DNA of 64,000 nt, from positions 372,001 through 436,000 of the forward strand of contig SMSO01000034.1 of NCBI GenBank assembly GCA_004764695.1, read 5' to 3'. How positions within the stretch are numbered: the first letter of the stretch is position 1; each line of letters opens with the position of its first letter. This document shows positions 56,487 to 64,000 of the stretch, piece by piece. The DNA comes from Schizochytrium sp. TIO01. Lineage: Eukaryota > Protista > Bigyra: Labyrinthulomycetes. Below the pieces are notes generated by a model. That model did no database searches. It worked only from the letters and a program-made list of their open reading frames with translations, and had not been told where the DNA came from. Both the position numbers and the translations under genes were made by a program.

Positions 56487-59400
56487 TTAATCTAATTTGA
56501 ATCCAGCGCCGACAATGTCGGATGTTAACAAAGGCGCAAGCTGCTCCAGCAAAGCACTTCGAAGAATTCGGTCATGAATGTTTGTACTCCAGTAACTACG
56601 TAGACGCTCGGCACGCAAGAGTTGCCACGCGTGTTGAACCTGTTCGAATGAATTAGGGAAAACTCTTCCTTGTGCAAGATTCTTTTGGCATTTCCTCACA
56701 TGACGATGACAAGCTTCGCTATCCGTGCTACTATACTCAAGACACCATGCACAAAAGTGATTATTGCATGAATCTCTACTGCATGCCACAGCACAACAAC
56801 CATCAAAGAGCCCGAAGCAAGTGCCGCAGTTTGGGCAGCATATATTCAAAATCTTTTCCTGAATGTGCTGCAGGTGCTGTTTTATGTCACGGGCCAAACC
56901 ATCCGCCTTAAGAAGCTCCGCTACGCGTTTCTCAATCTCTTGCTCAGCTTGAGTTGCAACTGCAATCTCAGTCTTCATTTTCACAATCAACAAAAGATTA
57001 TTCAGAGCGTTTGGCGCAAGCCGAGCAACCTCTTGCACTGAGATTTTCCCCATCACATCCAGGTTTCATGCATGCCATCGTTCCATCTGCGGCGATGATT
57101 ACATGTGCTTGCGGTTTTGCGCCAGCTTCTACTGCGCGTTCGATACAGTCTTTACAAAGGAAGTCTCCCTTCTCACAACTCGTACTCTCGATAAGCGGTT
57201 TTTCCTCCATACACACAAGACAGCTCTCCACAGGAATCTCAGCAACTCCGAATGCACTATGCCGAAGTGCCTGTCGAGCGCTTGGACGCTGACCAGGGGC
57301 CGTTGCTGTGAGACTGTCAATCAGTGTCTGCATCGCAGTGCTTCGCTCAGTGGGATACAGGTCATCTAAGACTACACCCACAGAGTACATATCCATTGCT
57401 GGTTTCGAATTTATCTACGGGCCCATCCTGTAACTCGGGGGCAATATACCGAGGCGTTGCTTGAAGAGACGTGTAAGTTACTGTTCGATTTGCAACTTTA
57501 ATGCCGTCAAAATCACCAATCAATGGTGTTCCGTTGCGTGTGAGGAAGATGTTCTCTGGTTTGATGTCGCAGTGCACAACCCCATGGTCGTGTAAATCTG
57601 CTACGCCTAGAAGTAGGCCTGTCGCAAGACGATCACGAGATGCTTTGCCTTCGTCAGGATAATCTTGAATCCAACGCGCTAAGTCACCTTGCTCGTAGAA
57701 AGGCATAACGATGCAGCCACGCGGTGGGACTCCAGGTGTCATGTCGATGAAAGCACCCCGAATATGTATTACGTGTTGGGAAATCACGTGCCCTAGATTT
57801 GCAACTTGTTTATAGAATTTCTCGGACTGACCTGAATGCTCGAGCTGAAATTGCTTTATAACTAGGGCGTTGCCATTATCATCAAGAACCTTTTGTACCG
57901 TCTTACCGCCTCTAGAAGCAAGAGGCTCCCCAACAGGCTGGAAGTCTGTGATTTCGACATTCGCCAACCAAAGATCTGAGCAAGCCACTTCGAAAACACC
58001 CTCTGTACTTACATGTAGCCTTTCTAACCAGTCTTCGTCCTTCAGTAGCTCTGGGTAGTGTTCTTGTGCGTGTTGCAGAATTTCCGCAAGCTTATGACGA
58101 TACACTTTACTCAGCTCAATAGGTGTCCCTTTGGATAGGATTTCCTCTTGTTTCGCGATTCGATCTCTAAAGTATACTCGACCATCCTCTGTTTCCTCTT
58201 CTTCAAGGTCATGTTTGGCTCTTTTTAAAATATTCATTGCCTTTCGTGAAGCAGCAAGTGCCTTCTCAATTTTCTCAATTGTTGATAAGTTCGGTTTGAT
58301 TGAACCCAAACGGATGGAGACGTACATCGCATCGAATTCTTCTCGCGAAATGATACTGCCCGGTTCAAAATTTGTGGTATTTCCATCTAAGTTTTCAACA
58401 CGACAGAGTATTGAGTTGATGGCCCACAGTATCTCCAATGCCTCAGCTGCAACTGCATCTTCTTTCAGGACTTTTAGCTCATCTCGAAGAGCCTTTCGAA
58501 GCTCCAACAGCTCATGCTGCAGTTCTGTGGCCTTTTCGGGCGTCCTGAGGGCAACGCGGAATGCGTTGTCAAGCCCTAACTGAGATACCCGCTCTATGAC
58601 GTTTTCAACCGCTTGTTTGCTTCGTTGCTCAGCTGTTCCACCTTCCCCGCTCAACTTCAGCTTGTATTCTTGAATGCACTTATCCGTCCGAGCAGCAAGT
58701 TCTTGGCAGTGTTTGAAATCATCTGCAGCTGCATTTTGAGTAGCTGACACATTACCGAAATTGAAGTACCCTATCGAACTTGCAAGTTTCGCTTTGAATT
58801 CGCGTACCGCATTCTCACCATCTCCATCGCTGCCCTCACGAATCCAGGGATGAACGTCTTCTAGAAGTTCTCGTAGGAGTTCTCTTTCTGCGTCCCGAGC
58901 CTCGATGAGACCGGACAAGTCAACCTGAGTACTTTCCCTAATTTGATCTTGCAAGTTCTGCAAGCTTTCTTTACATCTCCTCATGTTACCAGAAACTTGT
59001 CGCAATTTAACTTGCCCAAAGTAGTTTTGAACTGCCGGTCCTATGAACTCCTCCAGCAAAGCAACCCTGGCGCTTTCTCTCCTCTTATCAAGGCTATTAC
59101 GAAAACCTGCAATCTCCTCGGCGAGTTGCATCACATCAAAGAAGCTTGCATTGGCGCCTTGCTGTAGTCCTAATTTCGGAGACGCTGGCTCCCTGGCATG
59201 AGTGCTCTTCATCTCTCTTCGATTGCTCTGCCGCCTTCTCCCAAACGTAAACGCGGGTCCCTGAGATGCTGGCACCGTATCGACGAAGTTTATGTTGACT
59301 CTCTCCTTGATTTCTTGGAATGAAAAACCACTGGACGCAGCTACTCTCTGGGAAGAGCTCACCGTGTCTGGAACGTTTGTATTTCCTCTGTCTCCTGATG

Positions 59401-62400
59401 GGAAAATGTACGTAGCTACTCCAAACGAACAGAGACTTGGCGATGATTTCCTGTGGAAAGTTTGTCCTACCGTATCGATGAAGTTTATGTTGACTCTCTC
59501 CTTCATTTTTTGGAATGAAAAACCACTGAACGCAGCTACTCTCTGGGAAGAGCTCACCGTGTCTGGAACGTTTGTATTTCCTCTGTCTCCTGATGGGAAA
59601 ATGTACGTTTCTCTCTCTATATCTATAACAAGCCCGTCTAACCAGCCTTGGAAATCTACGTCTGGGGAATTGATGTCCTCTCCAAAAAGGCACACCTTTG
59701 CAAACAATTCTTCAGGTGTTAATAAATGTTTTTGAATAAAACAGGTAAATGCCAATCTGCGACTGTTTTGGGTGTCACTTAAATCACACCTGCGCCACGT
59801 TAATCAAATTAGCAGAGCATCTGTTAGAATCAAATCAGCGCATGAGAATGTGGTTAACCTCAGAACTTCACCGAGGATCAGAGAAACACAGGTAATCCTC
59901 TGTTGAAAAAAGAAGCGCTCACAGATGGACTCGAACTTACCAGATTTGAACAGAAGGACACGTTTGGTGCAGTGTCTTGGCAAGGGACGAAGCACCCGCA
60001 AAGCCGACGTTGTTTCCATCAAAGCTGTGAGTGACCATTACACGTTAAATAGTTGCACAAATTGGTCAGATATATGATAATGACAATGCTTTTTTATAAA
60101 AGCGCTTTCAAAAGATTTCCGATTTCCTTCTTTCATTCTCTCAGAATGAAAACCTTTCTGCCAACGAAACGTACTGTAGTATTTTCAGATTTTTGCATCT
60201 CTTTAGCCCTTTTGCAAGGGCCTTGGCGCCCTCATCATCAACTCTATTAGAGGAGAGACTGTGTTGTTTGTGGTTTGAAATGAAAACGTCAGCCAGGCGT
60301 TGTTAGTCTCAATCATTCTTGTACCACCACAGAACACGATGTCGCCACGACACCTAGGTCCTAGATATTTGCAAGCTGAATTAGATTTATTTTGGCATTT
60401 TATGATACTCTCCACCCTGATAAAGCTGCGAAGTGCGTGAAAGCTTCTTCAAGTTGTTATCGATCTCCACTGCTACTAAAACGCGAGCAAACGTGCTGGC
60501 GATGAAACGTACTCTAGTGTTGTCAGATTGGTGCAGCTCTTCAGCGCCTCAGCAAGAGCTTTCATATCTAGTCCACAGTAGCCAAATAAAGTACCAGAAT
60601 GTTTGAGTCTGTGTGATGTAAAATAAATGTCAAAGAACCGTGAGACAAGTCAGTTGGTGCTGTTCATTCGTGTAGATCACTCAAATCAACACTTGAATAC
60701 GCTTTGCTGACTGTTCTTCAGTGTCCGTATTTGTCATATACGTCAACTTCGGTCCTGCCGGCTTATTTTAAATCTAGGTGTGCATTTTGATCTAGTATAG
60801 TGGGAATACAAGATAGGTAAGATGAATGCGACACCCTTTTGAGAGTGTTGAGTCCACTCCCATTGCTTCTGATGCTTATGAACGTACTCTAGTGTTGTCA
60901 GATTGGTGCAGTTCTTCAGCGCCTCAGCAAGGGCCTTGGTGCCCTCAACGCCAATTCTATTAGAGGAGAGACTGTGTTGTTTGTGGTTTAGAAATGAAAA
61001 CGTCAGCCAGGTGTTGTTAGTCTCAATCATTCTTGTACCACCACAGAACACGATGTCGCCACCACACCTACGTCCTAGGTATTTGCACGCTTAGTTGGAT
61101 ATGTTGTGGCATTTTATGATACTCTCCACCCTGATACAGCTGCGAAGTGCGTGAAAGCTTCTTCAAGTTGTTATCGATCTCCACTGCTACTAAAACGCGA
61201 GCAAACGTGCTGGCGATGAAACGTACTCTAGTGTTGTCAGATTGGTGCAGTGCTTCAGTGCCTCAGCAAGGGCCTTGGTGCCCTCATCATCAACTCTATT
61301 AGAGGAGAGACTGTGTTGTTTGTGGTTTGAAATGAAAACGTCAGCCAGGCGTTGTTAGTCTCAATCATTCTTGTACCACCACAGAACACGATGTCGCCAC
61401 GACACCTAGGTCCTAGGTTTTTGCACGCTTAGTTGGATATGTTGTGGCATTTTATGATACTCTCCACCCTGATACAGCTGCGAAGTGCGTGAAAGCTTCT
61501 TCAAGTTGTTATCGATCTCCACTGCTACTAAAACGCGTGCAAACGTGCTGGCGATGAAACGTACTCTAGTGTTGTCAGATTGGTGCAGTTCTTCAGCGCC
61601 TCAGCAAGGGCCTTGGTGCCCTCAACGTCAATGCTATTAGAGGAGAGACTGTGTTGTTTGTGGTTTGAAATGAAAACGTCAGCCAGGCGTTGTTAGTCTC
61701 AATCATTCTTGTACCACCACAGAACACGATGTCGCCACGACACCTAGGTCCTAGATATTTGCTAGGTTGATTAGTCTTGTTTTGGCATAATGTGATACTC
61801 TCCACCCTGATAAAGCTGCGAAGTGCGTGAAAGCTTCTTCAAGTTGTTACCGTTCTCCACTGCTACTAAAACGCGAGCAAACGTGCTGGCGATGAAACGT
61901 ACTCTAGTGTTGTCAAATTGGTACAGCTCTTCAGTGCCTCAGCAAGGGCCTTGGTGCTCTCAGCGTCAATGTCGTTAGAGGAGAGACTGTGTTGTTTGTG
62001 GTTTAGAAATGAAAACGTCAGCCAGGTGTTGTTAGTCTCAATCATTCTTGTACCACCACAGAACACTATGTCGCCACGACACCTAGGTCCTAGGTATTTG
62101 CTAGGTTGATTAGTCTTGTTTTGGCATAATGTGATACTCTCAACGCTGATAAAGCTGCGAAGTGCGTGAAAGCGTCTTCAAGTTGTTATCGATCTCCACT
62201 GCTACTAAAACGCGAGAAAATGTGCTGGCGATGAAACGTACTCTAGTGTTGTCAGATTGGTGCAGTGCTTCAGCGCCTCAGCAAGGGCCTTGGTGCCCTC
62301 ATCATCAATTCTATTAGAGGAGAGACTGTGTTGTTTGTGGTTTAGAAATAAAAACGTCAGCCAGGTGTTGTTAGTCTCAATCATTCTTGTACCACCACAG

Positions 62401-63368
62401 AACACTATGTTGCCACCACACCTAGGTCCTAGGTTTTTGCACGCTTAGTTGGATATGTTGTGGCATTTTATGATACTCTCCACCCTGATACAGCTGCGAA
62501 GTGCGTGAAAGCTTCTTCAAGTTGTTATCGATCTCCACTGCTACTAAAATGCGAGAAAACGTGCTGGCGATGAAACGTACTCTAGTGTTGTCAAATTGGT
62601 ACAGCTCTTCAGTGCCTCAGCAAGGGCCTTGGTGCTCTCAGCGTCAATGTCGTTAGAGGAGAGACTGTGTTGTTTGTGGTTTAGAAATGAAAACGTCAGC
62701 CAGGTGTTGTTAGTCTCAATCATTCTTGTACCACCACAGAACACTATGTCGCCACGACACCTAGGTCCTAGGTATTTGCTAGGTTGATTAGTCTTGTTTT
62801 GGCATAATGTGATACTCTCAACGCTGATAAAGCTGCGAAGTGCGTGAAAGCGTCTTCAAGTTGTTATCGTTCTCTACTGCTACTAAAGCGCGAGAAAGCG
62901 TGCTGGCTGTGAAACGTACTCTAGCGTTTTCAGATTGTTGCATCTCTTCAGCGCATCAGCAAGAGCGTTCATATATTGTCCATCGAAGAAGGAGAAGGAG
63001 GAACCAAAACCAGAAGCGTTTCGTCCGAAGGAACCGAAACGTGAAGCGTTGTGTCCGAAGGAACCGAAACGAGAAGCGTTGCTTCTGAAGGAGGAACCAA
63101 AACCAGAATTGTTCATCCTGTGTGATGTTAAATAAATGTTAACAAGCCGTGAGACAAGTCAGTTGGTGCTGTTCACTCTTGAAAATCATTCCAAATCAAC
63201 ACTACAATACGCTTTGGTGACTGTTCTTCAGTGTCCGTATTTGTCATATACGTCAACTTCAGTGCTGCTGGCTTCTTTTAAATCTGAAGAGATTGCTAAT
63301 CTAATAAGCACTTACATCACCTCCGTGGTGCTCTCACAAATTTCCTCGATTTTCTTTGCCGTGAGCAT
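56487..63368 (-). CDS. 12-exon LRR - helical/coiled-coil - protein kinase - RING1...RING2 (RBR-like) protein, ~1439 aa; two +1 frameshifts in last exon
   Basis: Exons (minus strand): 63368-63316, 63117-62920, 62664-62581, 62325-62242, 61986-61903, 61648-61565, 61310-61227, 60971-60888, 60608-60513, 60258-60175, 60024-59941, 59789-56487. All introns are GT-AG phase 2, and the spliced frame runs into the 59755 ORF. Kinase: VIK, HCDIKPEN, DFDG, APE, DMYSVG. Cys modules: CLVC...C...CKDC...CMKPGC and CPNC...DGC...C...C..HFCAWC. Confidence 0.85.
59274..59608 (-). repeat. In-frame internal duplication (~140 bp, offset 195 bp) in the LRR-kinase gene
   Basis: YIFPSGDRGNTNVPDTVSSSQRVAAxSGFSFQxxKERVNINFxDTV occurs twice (59469-59608 and 59274-59413). 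Confidence 0.95.
60175..62990 (-). repeat. Tandem array of 338-339 bp units, each one 84-nt LRR exon plus a conserved 254-255 nt intron
   Basis: Exon 3' ends at 60888, 61227, 61565, 61903, 62242, 62581, 62920 (spacing 339/338/338/339/339/339), plus a further unit at 60175-60512; introns near-identical. Confidence 0.97.
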
Positions 63369-64000
63369 CGTGCTACAGTCTCTGCTTTGAGCAAACTTGC
63401 CACACTGATTGATGTCCCTCTGCTTTAAATTCAGATTCTTCCCTTGTCAGAAGAAGAAAGACCTCACAAGAACTCTGCGTGATGCTGAGCGAGCGCCTTT
63501 GGAACGCAAGGCTTGCTTTCAAGCACTAGAGTAGCACAGCGCTTGATCGTTGCAGATTTGTCGCATTCATTCAGTACTTTGCGCTGAGAATTCTCAATGC
63601 TAGCTTTGACGAGACTAAATATCCTGTATTTACTTTCCTTTAAAAGGTCCGTTGAGTCAATTTTTTCTGAGAGCGCAAGGAGTCAAACTGGATTTTGGAC
63701 AAAGGTAGTCAAGATAACCTTACGCTTTAGCTGAGCAAGACCATAGGCGCCTACATAGAAGACTTGTGCATTTGGTGAATGCGCGTATTGACGAGAGTCT
63801 CTTGTGGATTTACTGCAGCTTTGAAATTGGGGAGTAGTGTGTTATGATGTTTTTGAACTGCTATTCGTTAATAGAAGCAACCCAAGGGTTTTCGAAATAG
63901 ATGTTCTTTTAAGGTGGATATCTGTTCTTTTAAGGTGGTTGCTTGTGTTGATCTTCTTTTCAGTCTAATCAACTCTCTTCCTTAGTAGCTACACAACACA

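Noticed and set aside
57048-57405. Programmed ribosomal frameshifting in the kinase gene
   Set aside because: No convincing slippery heptamer plus stimulatory structure seen; homopolymer indels are more parsimonious.
60203-62787. Repeated ORFs MFCGGTRMIETNNTW... and antisense MVQxFSASARAL...
   Set aside because: They are read-through of intron sequence into the LRR exons or antisense shadows; the spliced model explains them.
60175-62990. CRISPR-like array (long repeats with short variable segments)
   Set aside because: Unit is 338-339 bp, variable parts are codons inside GT-AG-bounded LRR exons, there are no cas genes and the context is eukaryotic.
63902-63938. 16-bp direct repeat tgttcttttaaggtgg x2 upstream of the LRR gene (similar 14-bp duplication at ~39487-39517)
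   Set aside because: Only two copies; compatible with simple slippage, no functional evidence.
1-64000. tRNA/rRNA genes
   Set aside because: No cloverleaf or rRNA-like sequence recognised by eye; tRNAscan-SE/Infernal would be needed to exclude them.

Overview
Eukaryotic nuclear DNA: gene-dense, intron-poor, with long microsatellites and AT-rich spacers. Gene content and style suggest a stramenopile protist, probably a thraustochytrid (inference, not verified). Recognisable genes: Zn alcohol dehydrogenase, NHE-type Na+/H+ exchanger, a coiled-coil/PH/DnaJ protein, AidB-like acyl-CoA dehydrogenase, MoeA/Cnx1-like protein, M14 carboxypeptidase, MsrB, CDV3-like protein, FAM210-like protein, RmlD-like SDR, a 4-exon aquaporin and an ABHD13-like hydrolase. 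Two regions are not explained by the ORF track. (1) 24.0-29.2 kb is a ~5.2 kb element with imperfect terminal inverted repeats, carrying a decayed Ulp1 protease and an intact alpha/beta-hydrolase. (2) 56.5-63.4 kb (minus strand) is the standout. I reconstruct one 12-exon gene of ~1439 aa in which ten symmetric phase-2 exons each encode one ribonuclease-inhibitor-type LRR. Most sit in a 338-339 bp exon+intron tandem array whose introns show reassorted (recombinant) haplotypes around a 7-1-7 palindrome. The LRRs splice in frame to a helical/coiled-coil region, a protein kinase and a RING1...RING2 (RBR-like) E3 module. This looks like a modular, exon-shuffling candidate immune receptor. Two +1 homopolymer frameshifts interrupt the last exon. 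All calls were made by eye from motifs; no database searches were run.
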